Shown: one piece after another, positions 1 through 8,215 of the stretch
Layout of the letters: the number at the start of each line of letters is the position of its first letter
Numbering within the stretch: position 1 is the stretch's first letter
Origin: a virus
Taxonomy: Duplodnaviria; Caudoviricetes
Virus record (IMG/VR): IMGVR_UViG_3300019874_000009
Span: 1-43,627 of that record
Length of the DNA: 43,627 nt
Reading direction: 5' to 3' (one strand)
Made by a program: the position numbers and the translations under genes
The notes under the pieces: generated by a model
Told to the model about the DNA's origin: nothing
Database searches by the model: none
What the model saw: the letters and a program-made list of their open reading frames with translations, nothing else

Positions 1-234
1 AGCAGGGTGGTAGCCCGCCTTGAGCACGAGGCGGCGGGCGTCCCTCTCGGTGGCGGCGTCGACCACCGCACACACGATACCGGCTGATCCCTGCTCGGGG
101 CCGAACCCGCACAGCACCCAACCGTTCGCCCAGGCCCGAACGATCCCGGTGTCGGCCCCCATCACGAGCTCGACGTACTCGCCGTCCTCGTCGTACTCGG
201 CAGGCTCGTACCAACTGCACCAGAAGCGTTTCAC
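1..234 (-). CDS. Hypothetical phage protein, runs off the left edge (MKRFWCSWYEPAEY...CAVVDAATERDARRLV...)
   Basis: GTG start overlaps the TGA of 231..581; frame open to position 1; translated by hand. Confidence 0.65.
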   Translation of the reverse strand, partial: MKRFWCSWYEPAEYDEDGEYVELVMGADTGIVRAWANGWVLCGFGPEQGSAGIVCAVVDAATERDARRLVLKAGYHPA

Positions 235-581
235 CCCTCGGCCTCGGCCTCGGCCTCTGGTTCGTCGGCACCCTTGGCGACCTTGGCCACTCGCGTCCGC
301 TTCACGTGCAGCTCGGTCTCGGTGTCGACCGTGCACGCGAACTCGAAGCCTGCATCCGAATAGGTGTAGCTCTTGCGCTTGTGCGACTGCATCGCAGCCT
401 GCACCGCAGCCTTGAGGCCGGGCAGTGCTTGCGAGAGCTCGCGCACCTTGTACATCGCCGCGACGTAGTTCGCGATCGCATCGTCGATTTCGTCCACGTA
501 CTCGGGTGGTGCGGTGCCTGCCAGGTAGCCCTGCCGCCTCTTGCTGCTCTGTCCGTTGCCGCTCTTTGTCTTGCTAGCCAT
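231..581 (-). CDS. Hypothetical protein
   Basis: GAGGAGG RBS upstream; coupled to neighbours; helical core and acidic EAEAEAEG tail. Confidence 0.75.
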   Translation of the reverse strand: MASKTKSGNGQSSKRRQGYLAGTAPPEYVDEIDDAIANYVAAMYKVRELSQALPGLKAAVQAAMQSHKRKSYTYSDAGFEFACTVDTETELHVKRTRVAKVAKGADEPEAEAEAEG

Positions 582-1056
582 GGTCCGCCTCCTCGTTGAA
601 CTCGATCTGCTGCTGTTTGGTTTTTCGCTTCGCTCGTGGCTTGCGCACCGGCTCTGGGCCTTCGCACTCGACCGTCTTCAGCGGCCCTGTGATGGTCCAG
701 CTGAAGCGCACCACGCGCACGCGCCACCGCTTCTTTTCTCTCGCGCCGCGCTTCGCCCAACCCCACACCTCGAGGCGATTGCCCGCACAAAGCCACCTTC
801 GCGCGCGCTCAAGGCACTCGCCCTGAATCTTCGCGATGCGGTTGCTCACGTTTCCGCTCGACGTCTCGCCTGTCGCCTGAATGCCGAGGGCGCCCTGGTG
901 GTCGTAGTCCACGATCACGATGTCGATGAACCCGAACAGATCGCGGAGCTTTCGCAGGCGCGGTTTGTCTGGTGGCCCGATCCATCGCTCCACCACGCCC
1001 GCCATCCACCCCATGCGCTTCGCGAGATCGAGCGTGCGCTGTGTCGGCGACGTCAC
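574..1056 (-). CDS. PD-(D/E)XK-like nuclease, possible Holliday junction resolvase
   Basis: GTG start in GTGA overlap; SPTQRTL..VVERW..DLFGFIDIV..GIQAT pattern resembles a phage Hjc-like restriction-endonuclease fold. Confidence 0.6.
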   Translation of the reverse strand: MTSPTQRTLDLAKRMGWMAGVVERWIGPPDKPRLRKLRDLFGFIDIVIVDYDHQGALGIQATGETSSGNVSNRIAKIQGECLERARRWLCAGNRLEVWGWAKRGAREKKRWRVRVVRFSWTITGPLKTVECEGPEPVRKPRAKRKTKQQQIEFNEEADHG

Positions 1057-1475
1057 GAGCGTGCCCTCCTGGCGAGCGCCAGCTTGCGGATCAGTCGCAG
1101 CCGTTGCACGCGCACCATCTCCGCCTGGGCGAGCTCGACCGCCTTCGCCGTGCGCTCCGCTCGAGCCGCCCGCTCTTCGGGATGCGCGCCGTTTAGGTCG
1201 AGGCATCCGGGCTTCGCGTAGGCAGGCACCGCGCGCGACCACTTCGCTCCGCACGCGCCGCAGCGCATCCAGTAGCGCCCGGCCCACGACCGCCAGACGA
1301 TCGGGACAGCACCGATGCCTGCGCGATTGCGCGAACGCACGCACCCGCAAGGCGTCATGTCCGATGCGCCTTCGATGCAGAGCTTCCAGCCACGCGGCAC
1401 GTGGACATCGCGCGCGAGATTGCCGAGCTGGATCTTCATCCGCGCCTTCGTGCGCTGCCAGTCGCCTGCGCTCAT
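1053..1475 (-). CDS. Hypothetical protein with Cys motifs (CGC, CGAC)
   Basis: Four-base stop/start overlaps at both ends. Confidence 0.6.
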   Translation of the reverse strand: MSAGDWQRTKARMKIQLGNLARDVHVPRGWKLCIEGASDMTPCGCVRSRNRAGIGAVPIVWRSWAGRYWMRCGACGAKWSRAVPAYAKPGCLDLNGAHPEERAARAERTAKAVELAQAEMVRVQRLRLIRKLALARRARS

Positions 1476-1765
1476 AGCGGCACGTCATCGGCGAGCGGTG
1501 TGTTGCACAGGTCCTCGAGCCCGGTCTCGCTCCAGATGGAGCGCGCGACCGCCACGGCGTGGATCGCCAGATTGCGCGGCGTGTCGCCGCTCGTGTGTTC
1601 GTTGCTCGTGTATCCCGCTGCGATCCTGCTCGCCAGCTCAGCGATGAAACGAGCGCGAGAGATTTGCTTCACGCGTTCTCGCTTCGCGATGCGGAGCCTG
1701 TCCTGTCGCATCGCCTCGTCTGCACCTCGCTCTGCCGCCGCTATCACCTTGGGGTCTGTTTTCAT
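1472..1765 (-). CDS. Hypothetical protein
   Basis: GAGGAGGGAG RBS; ATG 1765 overlaps upstream TGA. Confidence 0.7.
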   Translation of the reverse strand: MKTDPKVIAAAERGADEAMRQDRLRIAKRERVKQISRARFIAELASRIAAGYTSNEHTSGDTPRNLAIHAVAVARSIWSETGLEDLCNTPLADDVPL

Positions 1766-1971
1766 CGCTCCCTCCTCTGGCCTTCGTGGTCCCACCGTGT
1801 GTCTCGCGCTCTCGCGATCCGGTTCGCCTGAGCTCGGAACCCTGCCGCTCTTCCTGTGAGCTCTCCGAAGCCTCGTGGGTCTGCTCCGTGCTGGAGCTCT
1901 GCCGCGGATGCTTCCAGGGTCAGGGCTTCGTCTCGCAGCGCCCCGACGAACCGCCTGCGCTCAGGGCTCAT
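1762..1971 (-). CDS. Hypothetical protein
   Basis: ATGA overlaps at both ends. Confidence 0.6.
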   Translation of the reverse strand: MSPERRRFVGALRDEALTLEASAAELQHGADPRGFGELTGRAAGFRAQANRIARARDTRWDHEGQRRER

Positions 1972-2192
1972 CGGTTCCCGTTTCTACCCTGAAGCCCGTT
2001 CCGGGTTCTCCCTGGTCCGAGCCCGAGGACCCCCGTCGGTTCCCGGTTCCCGTTCGGGGCCTTAAAAGGCCACCGGAACCGGGGGAACCGGAACCGACAG
2101 AGAGGGAGGTCCGGCCTGGTTCCCGGAACCGAGACGGAACCGAGCGGAACCGACGGAACCGACGTACCAGAAGAAGATGGTGATTGAGTCAT
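1968..2192 (-). CDS. Short ORF spanning the iteron array (MTQSPSSSGTSVPSVP...)
   Basis: ATG 2192 overlaps the TGA of 2189..2416 and its TGA overlaps the ATG of 1762..1971; protein sequence is low-complexity. Confidence 0.4.
   Translation of the reverse strand: MTQSPSSSGTSVPSVPLGSVSVPGTRPDLPLCRFRFPRFRWPFKAPNGNREPTGVLGLGPGRTRNGLQGRNGNR
1972..2165. repeat. GGAACC/GGTTCC iteron array, candidate replication origin
   Basis: GGTTCC at 1973, 2038, 2045, 2118; GGAACC at 2075, 2084, 2090, 2125, 2136, 2146, 2155; central GGCCTTAAAAGGCC 2058-2071; lies just downstream of the helicase gene. Confidence 0.7.
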
Positions 2193-2416
2193 CGCGGCTT
2201 TCCCGGCCTTGCCGCCTGCGCCATCGCATCGATGTGGAGTGCGACGTTGAGCGCTCGCGTGAGGCGGTCGGTCATCTGCGGCGTCTCCTCGGCGTCGAGC
2301 GCCGGGACAGATACCGTCCACGAGTACCCGTCGCGTGTTCGCTTGAGCGTGACGCCCGTGCTCCACGCGGCGGAGTGTTGCTCCAAGATCAGGTCGTCCT
2401 CATCGGGTCGGGTCAT
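2189..2416 (-). CDS. Hypothetical protein
   Basis: GGAGG RBS at about 2423-2427; operon position. Confidence 0.7.
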   Translation of the reverse strand: MTRPDEDDLILEQHSAAWSTGVTLKRTRDGYSWTVSVPALDAEETPQMTDRLTRALNVALHIDAMAQAARPGKPR

Positions 2417-2431
2417 GGCTGGCCTCCATGT

Positions 2432-3550
2432 TCAATCGACGGTGAGACTCTTGGCCCAGACGACATCACCGTCGGTGCAGATGTCGCCGAGGTTAATCAT
2501 GAGCGCGATCTGTTTGAGTGCGTCCTCCTTGCGGCACGTCACCCACCGGATGCCGTCGCGCACGAGCACCGCCGACCGCGACAGCTTGGCGCCCGCCGCC
2601 TCGATGGACTCGAGGATGTCGGTCCGGATCTTCTTCACGCGCGCGGCATCGCGCTTCTCGGCTTTCGCCTCGGCCTGCTCGGTGCGCGGGTCGCCGCCGA
2701 TGGGCGTGTACCGGAGCGCGCGTTTCCCGTTGTCGTGTTCGCTCTGGAGCCTCACCACGAACGGGTCCGGTCGATAGCCGAGGTTCCCGTCGACCGAGAA
2801 CAGGATGCCCTTGCTCGGGTCCTTCTGTTCGCGCCGCTCGATGCCAACGATCCACCGGGCTGCTGCGAAGAGAGACGAGCTGCCGCGCATCCTGTGTCCC
2901 ATGCCGCGGTAGTCGCCGAGCTGGCCCTTGCCCGACAGGTGATGCAGGAGGACGACGTCGGTGGTCGATGCGCTGGCCAGGTCGGCGAGGCGCGAGATGA
3001 GCGGCGCCATGTCGCGCGCGCTGTTCTCATCGCCGTGGTGGATCTTGGAGAGCGAGTCGATGAGGACCACGTCGAACACGCTGGTCGTTGCTTCGAGTCG
3101 CTTCCAGGCGGTGGCGTCGTCGAGCCACAGCGCGCCCTGGGCGTCGAGCTCCAGCTTGCCGATGAGATTGGCGGGCGTGATGTTGTGGCCGCGGCAGAGC
3201 TGCCAGACTCGCTTGGCGGTGATGCGAACGATGTCCTCTTTGGGCATCACCAGCACGCGGGCGCCGCGCATCGCCTCCGGGATGGTGTACCCGCACCAGT
3301 GGGACTCGCCCGCTGCGATGGAGATAGCCCAGTCGAGGGCGAGCAGCGTCTTTCCCACCTTCGGATCGGCGACCAGCATCGTCAACATGCCGCGCGCGAT
3401 GAGGCCGCGGATGGTCCAGTCCGCCTCGTCGTCCTCGGGCGGTTCCTCGCTGCCGACGAAGCTCATCAGGTTGCCGCCGAACGGGCGCACCTCGACTGTT
3501 GGGCGCGGGCGTGCGGGCGGCGAGTGCGGATGCGGTGCGGGCGCTGTCAC
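2432..3550 (-). CDS. AAA_25/RepA-type (SF4-like) replicative helicase/ATPase
   Basis: Walker A ADPKVGKT, Walker B VVLIDSL, LHH..K and RGSS motifs, WTIRGLI N-terminal motif; no primase domain visible. Confidence 0.85.
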   Translation of the reverse strand: MTAPAPHPHSPPARPRPTVEVRPFGGNLMSFVGSEEPPEDDEADWTIRGLIARGMLTMLVADPKVGKTLLALDWAISIAAGESHWCGYTIPEAMRGARVLVMPKEDIVRITAKRVWQLCRGHNITPANLIGKLELDAQGALWLDDATAWKRLEATTSVFDVVLIDSLSKIHHGDENSARDMAPLISRLADLASASTTDVVLLHHLSGKGQLGDYRGMGHRMRGSSSLFAAARWIVGIERREQKDPSKGILFSVDGNLGYRPDPFVVRLQSEHDNGKRALRYTPIGGDPRTEQAEAKAEKRDAARVKKIRTDILESIEAAGAKLSRSAVLVRDGIRWVTCRKEDALKQIALMINLGDICTDGDVVWAKSLTVD

Positions 3551-4314
3551 ATCGCCAGTCCTGGCAGGAGCGGTGTGTAGCCGTGGGCGATGCGATCGCG
3601 GGCTCGCTCGAAGGTCGGCCGGTGGAGCTCGCTACCGACCGCACGACGGCCCTCGATCGCTGCTGCGATGAGCGTGGTGCCGCCGCCAGCGCACGGGTCG
3701 CAGATGAGATCGCCGGGCCTGGAGTAGTCGCGGATGAGCGCGCGCATGAGCCATCGAGGTTTGCCGCCGGTGATGGTTTCGTCCGGCAGGCTGCGATTGG
3801 CGGGCGTGCCGAGGTACGCGCCGGGCGTGGTGCCCCACGTGACCATCTCGCGCGTCTTCGGTCTGGCCACGTTGGCGAACACCGACCACGAGCTCGGCCC
3901 GTCGCCGCCCAGTCGGACGGTCATGCCTGTCATCACGCAAGGCACCGGCGCGAACGAGTACATGCCGAGTCGGGACAGCACGTCGCGCCACACCGGAGAC
4001 AGATCGCTGTCGGACAGGGCGACGATCCAGCCGCGGCACCTTGGCACCCAGAAGCGGCAGAACGCGCGCACGTCCTCTCGGGTCCAGTACTCGTAGCGGA
4101 GCGGCAGGCGCTTGGCTCCGTCGTGCTTCTTGCCGTGGTGGCCGTGGATGGTCGAGTTGTGGCCCTTGTGGGTGCGGAGCGAGTAAGGCGGGTCGACGAT
4201 GACGGCGTCGACCTGTCCAACGTCGGCGAGCGCGGACTCGTAGCTGCCGCAGCGGAGATCGATCGCGACGTGTCCGTCGCGGGCACCAGCGGGCCCGGTC
4301 GTGGTGAATTCCAT
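3547..4314 (-). CDS. DNA methyltransferase, N6-adenine/N4-cytosine, beta class
   Basis: Catalytic DPPY near the N-terminus, GGKP, SAM-binding DPCAGGGTT near the C-terminus. Confidence 0.9.
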   Translation of the reverse strand: MEFTTTGPAGARDGHVAIDLRCGSYESALADVGQVDAVIVDPPYSLRTHKGHNSTIHGHHGKKHDGAKRLPLRYEYWTREDVRAFCRFWVPRCRGWIVALSDSDLSPVWRDVLSRLGMYSFAPVPCVMTGMTVRLGGDGPSSWSVFANVARPKTREMVTWGTTPGAYLGTPANRSLPDETITGGKPRWLMRALIRDYSRPGDLICDPCAGGGTTLIAAAIEGRRAVGSELHRPTFERARDRIAHGYTPLLPGLAM

Positions 4315-4318
4315 CCGG

Positions 4319-4561
4319 TCACCCGGGCCGGCGAGGGGAGTCGTTTCCGTACGAGCGGCGGTAGGCGATGCGGCCGTCCTTCGTCTTCACCACGAGCTCG
4401 CGCTTGTCCTTGCGGGCGATCGCGGTGGCGTAGCGGACGGCTTCGAACTTGCGCGGCTTGCTGTCGGGGTTCCACCACTTCCCGTCTCGCCAGATGCGCC
4501 ACCGGTCGTGTTTCCAGTCCACGACGATGTATCTGTCGGTGCCGCGCTTCGACTTCGCCAC
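4319..4561 (-). CDS. DUF2188 family protein
   Basis: W.I.RDG...KFEAVRYATAIA...ELVVKTKDGRI..RRSYGND.P pattern; GGAGG RBS. Confidence 0.8.
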   Translation of the reverse strand: MAKSKRGTDRYIVVDWKHDRWRIWRDGKWWNPDSKPRKFEAVRYATAIARKDKRELVVKTKDGRIAYRRSYGNDSPRRPG

Positions 4562-4564
4562 GTG

Positions 4565-4609
4565 TGCCTCCGTTCTCGTTGCGGGTTGGTGGAGTCCGAG
4601 ACGGAGGCA
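4565..4609. promoter_or_regulatory. Hairpin sequestering the RBS of the DUF2188 gene (attenuator or terminator-like)
   Basis: TGCCTCCGT-T-CTCG (4565-4578) pairs with CGAG-ACGGAGGCA (4597-4609); minus-strand GGAGG lies in the stem. Confidence 0.6.
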
Positions 4610-4612
4610 GGG

Positions 4613-4867
4613 CTACCCGGTGGCCCTGCGCTTCGGGCCGCCCAGTGAGATGTGGAGCTCGACGCCGAGCAGGTCGGCGATGCGCTGCGCCAGGGCCAGC
4701 GAGCTCCGTCGGCGGCGCACGAGGTAGCTAATCTGCGTCTCGCTCACGTTGAGCTTGCGCGCCAGGTCCGCCTGCGTCCAGCCGCGCCGCCGCAGGAGGG
4801 TCGGCAGCTGTTCAGGGACCCGGTTACTCGAGAGCCGGTGTAGCGCTCTTCGCTTGCCGCTCGGCAT
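4613..4867 (-). CDS. Cro/CI-type HTH (XRE) transcriptional regulator
   Basis: LRRRGWTQADLARKLNVSETQISYL...LAQRIADLLGV; start taken at ATG 4867. Confidence 0.85.
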   Translation of the reverse strand: MPSGKRRALHRLSSNRVPEQLPTLLRRRGWTQADLARKLNVSETQISYLVRRRRSSLALAQRIADLLGVELHISLGGPKRRATG

Positions 4868-4978
4868 GACCGGCAGAGTTACCACGATCGGGAAGCGTAT
4901 CGCAACGTAGGTGTGCGCGCGCGAGTGCAGCGGGAGAAAACTTGACACGAGTCAACGCCAGTGGGCAGGCTGTTCGCC
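4868..4978. promoter_or_regulatory. Divergent early promoter region with palindromic operator candidate
   Basis: TTGACA at 4942-4947 inside the inverted repeat TTGAC-ACGA-GTCAA (4942-4955); lies between divergent operons. Confidence 0.55.
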
Positions 4979-5068
4979 ATGACCATGACGCCCAACCGCG
5001 GCGAGCTCACGCTCGTCTCCCGCGCCGACCGCGCATCTCTCACGCCCGGAGGTGTGGCGTGGAATTGA
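4979..5068 (+). CDS. Putative leader peptide (29 aa)
   Basis: ATG just after the promoter; contains GGAGG serving the next GTG. Confidence 0.35.
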   Translation: MTMTPNRGELTLVSRADRASLTPGGVAWN

Positions 5069-5232
5069 CGCCGTGCGAGGCCATGCTGGCTTGCGTCGTT
5101 GGCGTCGTGCTGGCTTGCGTCGTTGGCGTCGTTGGCGTCGTGACGAGCGTGTGCGAGTGCACGCGCAACCGCCCGCCGCCACCCAAGCCCGCCGAGCTTC
5201 CGCGCGCCGAGGTGGTGGAGCGCGACCGATGA
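5059..5232 (+). CDS. Small membrane protein with internally duplicated TM segment
   Basis: GGAGG RBS then GTG; MLACVVGVVLACVVGVVGVV hydrophobic stretch. Confidence 0.55.
   Translation: MELTPCEAMLACVVGVVLACVVGVVGVVTSVCECTRNRPPPPKPAELPRAEVVERDR
5084..5142 (+). repeat. 24-bp tandem duplication plus extra 9-bp unit
   Basis: TGCTGGCTTGCGTCGTTGGCGTCG at 5084-5107 and 5108-5131, then TTGGCGTCG. Confidence 0.9.
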
Positions 5233-5510
5233 ACGAGCAAAGGGGGATGACGGACGACGAGAAGCGAGCGGTTGCTCACCAGCTCATCGACGACGCACTC
5301 GATGACCCTGATACATCCCGGCGCGAGTTCGCCGTCACCGACTCGCGGGGTTTCGTCTGGCTGGTCGTGGTCGACCCTGCCGTGGCGCTCTGTCTCGCTC
5401 CCGAGCGAGCCCGAGCGGTGGCCGACGCGCTATTGCTCGCCGCGGACGACGCCGAGAAGGACCGGCGCCGGGCAAGTACCTTCGTAATCGTCGCCGGAGA
5501 GCCAGAATGA
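5229..5510 (+). CDS. Hypothetical protein
   Basis: ATGA overlaps at both ends. Confidence 0.7.
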   Translation: MNEQRGMTDDEKRAVAHQLIDDALDDPDTSRREFAVTDSRGFVWLVVVDPAVALCLAPERARAVADALLLAADDAEKDRRRASTFVIVAGEPE

Positions 5511-5821
5511 CCGAGACCCATCGATGCCCGGGTTGTCTGGAGCCGATCGAGCCGGCCGACTCGACCTGCGGCAAGCTGCGGTGTCTCACGGCGCAGGCGA
5601 ACTGGTCGGAGCTCAGCGCGATGTCGTACTCGGTCAAGGAAGCGGCGCGCACGATCGTTCTGTCGGCGTCGAACCATCCACCGGACATAGCGATCATCGG
5701 GTGTCTGGTCGCTGCGGCGTCGATCGCGACCCACGTGGGAGCGACTCGCGAGCGGCTGATGTCGACGCTCGAGGCGGCATTCGTGCTGATGCAGCACGAG
5801 CAGCACAGGAGGAGTTCATGA
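5507..5821 (+). CDS. Hypothetical protein with N-terminal Cys cluster
   Basis: CPGC...CGKLRC; coupled overlaps. Confidence 0.7.
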   Translation: MTETHRCPGCLEPIEPADSTCGKLRCLTAQANWSELSAMSYSVKEAARTIVLSASNHPPDIAIIGCLVAAASIATHVGATRERLMSTLEAAFVLMQHEQHRRSS

Positions 5822-5891
5822 CGGCCCCCCTCGGCGCTCCCGGCGCGAGAAAGCGATGGGTTCATGGTCCGCGCCGAGGGGGCGCTGTCTC

Positions 5892-6116
5892 ATGACGCCC
5901 GACAACGAGCGGGCCAGCGCGCTCGCTCTCAAGCTCACCCGCATTCTCTACGACAGCGAGCCGGACAATCCGGGCGTGGCGATGCTGGCGGCGATCCGGT
6001 CGGCCGCGTGCATGGCGGCGGTGTTCGAGTGTCCGCTGGAACTGTTCGTCGCCTCGTGCGCGCACGCGTACCGCGCTGCCAAGGACGAGAGCGAGCGGCA
6101 GGACAACGAGTCATGA
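5892..6116 (+). CDS. Hypothetical protein
   Basis: GAGGGG RBS; ATG 5892. Confidence 0.65.
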   Translation: MTPDNERASALALKLTRILYDSEPDNPGVAMLAAIRSAACMAAVFECPLELFVASCAHAYRAAKDESERQDNES

Positions 6117-6125
6117 GGAGGCCAG

Positions 6126-6971
6126 ATGCTTCATCCCCCGATGTCGTACGAGCACTATCGCACGCTGGTCGGGCTGCGCTGGTCGCAGCTCAAGCACGCC
6201 CGGCGCAGCCTGTACCACTTCCGCTATCACGAAGAGCTCGTCGAGGACCGCGACACGCCGTCGCTTCTCATCGGCCGGGCGGTGCACGCGGGGGTGCTCG
6301 AGCCCGACCGCTTCAAGACCGATTTCGTCGGGTGGGAGGGCGAGCGGCGGGGCAACGCGTGGACCGCGTTCTCGTCGCTCAACAAAGGCCGCACGATCCT
6401 GAACGCGAAGGAGTGGGCCGCGGCGGCAGGGACCATCGAGGCCATCCGCTCGAGCCCCGCCGCTGCCGAGTACCTGAAGCGCGGGCGCAGCGAGGTGACG
6501 CTCACGTGGGGCCATCCGCTCAACGTGATGCTCGGCGACGAGGTTGTGCACGTGTGGTGCAAGAGCCGCAACGATCTGGTCAACGGGCACCTCATCGACC
6601 TCAAGACCACCTTCGATCCGATGCCGCGCAAGTTCGCAGCGCAGGCGGCGAACCTGGGATACGTGGAGCAGCTCGCGTTCTATCGCGAGGGCCTTCGCGC
6701 CAACCGGGTGGCGGTGGCACCCGAGGCCGTCCTCATCGCCGCCGAGTCCTCGCCGCCGCACGACGTGGTGGTGTTCGAGGTGGCCGAGCATCTTCTCGAC
6801 ACCGCCGAGATGGTCGTGTCGGGCCTCATCCGCCAGGTGACGACGTGCCGCGAGAGCAACGTGTGGCCCGGAATCGCTGGCCAGCCGATCCCGCTCATGA
6901 TGCCCGCGTGGTGGCTTGTCGCAGGTGACGACGAACCGCTCACGCTCAACGGTGTACCGATCGACGACTGA
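6126..6971 (+). CDS. RecE/exonuclease VIII-like PD-(D/E)XK nuclease (DUF3799-like)
   Basis: SQLK, GRAVHAGVLEP, SEVTL, CKSRND, LIDLKTT, Y..QLAFY motifs; GAGGAGG RBS. Confidence 0.85.
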   Translation: MLHPPMSYEHYRTLVGLRWSQLKHARRSLYHFRYHEELVEDRDTPSLLIGRAVHAGVLEPDRFKTDFVGWEGERRGNAWTAFSSLNKGRTILNAKEWAAAAGTIEAIRSSPAAAEYLKRGRSEVTLTWGHPLNVMLGDEVVHVWCKSRNDLVNGHLIDLKTTFDPMPRKFAAQAANLGYVEQLAFYREGLRANRVAVAPEAVLIAAESSPPHDVVVFEVAEHLLDTAEMVVSGLIRQVTTCRESNVWPGIAGQPIPLMMPAWWLVAGDDEPLTLNGVPIDD

Positions 6972-6985
6972 AGGAGGGAGCCAAC

Positions 6986-7270
6986 ATGAAAAGCCCCGAG
7001 ACCCCGATCTGGCAGGATGAGGACGCCAAGCGCGACTACCGCCGGGAGAACCCGCCCGACCAGGTCGCTTTCGACAGCGCGCTCGCACGCGCCGCCCAGG
7101 CCGAGCAAGAAGCCGAGGCGGTCGTCTGCCCCGGGTGCCGCAAGGAAATCGATCCCGAGACGTGCGGCTGTGGGTCGCACCGACGAAACCACTGGAGCCC
7201 GATGGAGGACGGCCACGGTTTCGTCCCGATCGGGTGCGACTGCCATCGCCCACGGCCGGAGGCAGCGTGA
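6986..7270 (+). CDS. Hypothetical Cys/His-rich protein
   Basis: AGGAGG RBS; CPGC..CGCG..H..GHGFVPIGCDC. Confidence 0.75.
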   Translation: MKSPETPIWQDEDAKRDYRRENPPDQVAFDSALARAAQAEQEAEAVVCPGCRKEIDPETCGCGSHRRNHWSPMEDGHGFVPIGCDCHRPRPEAA

Positions 7271-7548
7271 TGGTCACGTTCTCCTACGTCGGCGAGCGCG
7301 GTGCGGTGCTCGGCCTGGCTCTCACGCGCGAGTGCATCGAGCGGCTGCAGAGCGGCGACGTGATGACGATCCAGATCGTGGCCGAAGGGTGCGGGGCGGA
7401 CGCCGACGGTGCACCGTTCGTCGTCATCCCGGAGGGCCCGCTCGAGGCCATGATCCTTATGTACGGCGAGGACCACGCGGCGATCAACGCCGAGCTCGCG
7501 CCCCACATCAACGAGGCAACGCGCCAGCACACCGGAGATAAGTCGTGA
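7270..7548 (+). CDS. Hypothetical protein
   Basis: GGAGG RBS; TGATG overlap. Confidence 0.7.
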   Translation: MVTFSYVGERGAVLGLALTRECIERLQSGDVMTIQIVAEGCGADADGAPFVVIPEGPLEAMILMYGEDHAAINAELAPHINEATRQHTGDKS

Positions 7549-7961
7549 GCGCGTGCGTGTCGTGCGGCGCAACCATCATCTGGGCGCGCACGCCCGCCGA
7601 CAAGAGGATGCCGGTCGACGCCAAGCCCGATCCCAAGGGCCGGCTAGCCCTTGTGGGTGGCATCGCGCGCGAGCGCCTGCCGCTCGACGACCAGATGGGC
7701 CGGCCCGCGTACACGTCGCACTTCGCTACGTGCCCCCACGCGGCCGCGCATCGCAGGAGCGAGGCGGTAACGCCGAAGGAGTCGGCCGTCGTGCGCCACG
7801 AGCGGGTCGCCGCCCTGGTGGCGCACATCCACTGGATGGCGTCGACGGTCCACCAAGCCCACCACCAGGACTCGCCCGGCACCTTGGAGACATGCACGCA
7901 CTCCCTCTGCAAGAGGACGGTTCTGGTGCTCCGTGGCGAGCACCCGGAGGCAGGACGATGA
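7545..7961 (+). CDS. Phage Zn-binding hypothetical protein
   Basis: CVSCGATIIW...MPVDA...SHFATCP pattern common in phages. Confidence 0.75.
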   Translation: MSACVSCGATIIWARTPADKRMPVDAKPDPKGRLALVGGIARERLPLDDQMGRPAYTSHFATCPHAAAHRRSEAVTPKESAVVRHERVAALVAHIHWMASTVHQAHHQDSPGTLETCTHSLCKRTVLVLRGEHPEAGR

Positions 7962-8215
7962 CCACAAAACTCACCGAGAGCGAGATCACGCGGCTATCCG
8001 CCACACAGACGATGAAGGAGTGGGACGACCTCTGCGACGAGATCAAGGAGCGCTGCGGCGGTCGCTACCCTGCGGACTGGTACGCGACTGTTCTCGTGGG
8101 CGGGCTCCACCTCCGAGCCGAGCGGCAGTGGCAACCGCGATGCCCCGTGTGCGACGCGCCCGAGGCCAACCCGAACGACAGGCGGTGCTACCGCTGTTCG
8201 AGTCCACGTGGCTGA
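7958..8215 (+). CDS. Hypothetical protein with C-terminal zinc ribbon
   Basis: CPVC...CYRC; ATGA overlap, GGAGG RBS. Confidence 0.7.
   Translation: MTTKLTESEITRLSATQTMKEWDDLCDEIKERCGGRYPADWYATVLVGGLHLRAERQWQPRCPVCDAPEANPNDRRCYRCSSPRG

Noticed and set aside
237-257. CCTCGG tandem hexamer
   Set aside because: Simply encodes the EAEAEAE tail of 231..581
1972-2165. Repeat array as CRISPR
   Set aside because: Units are 6-7 bp in both orientations with irregular short spacing; no cas genes
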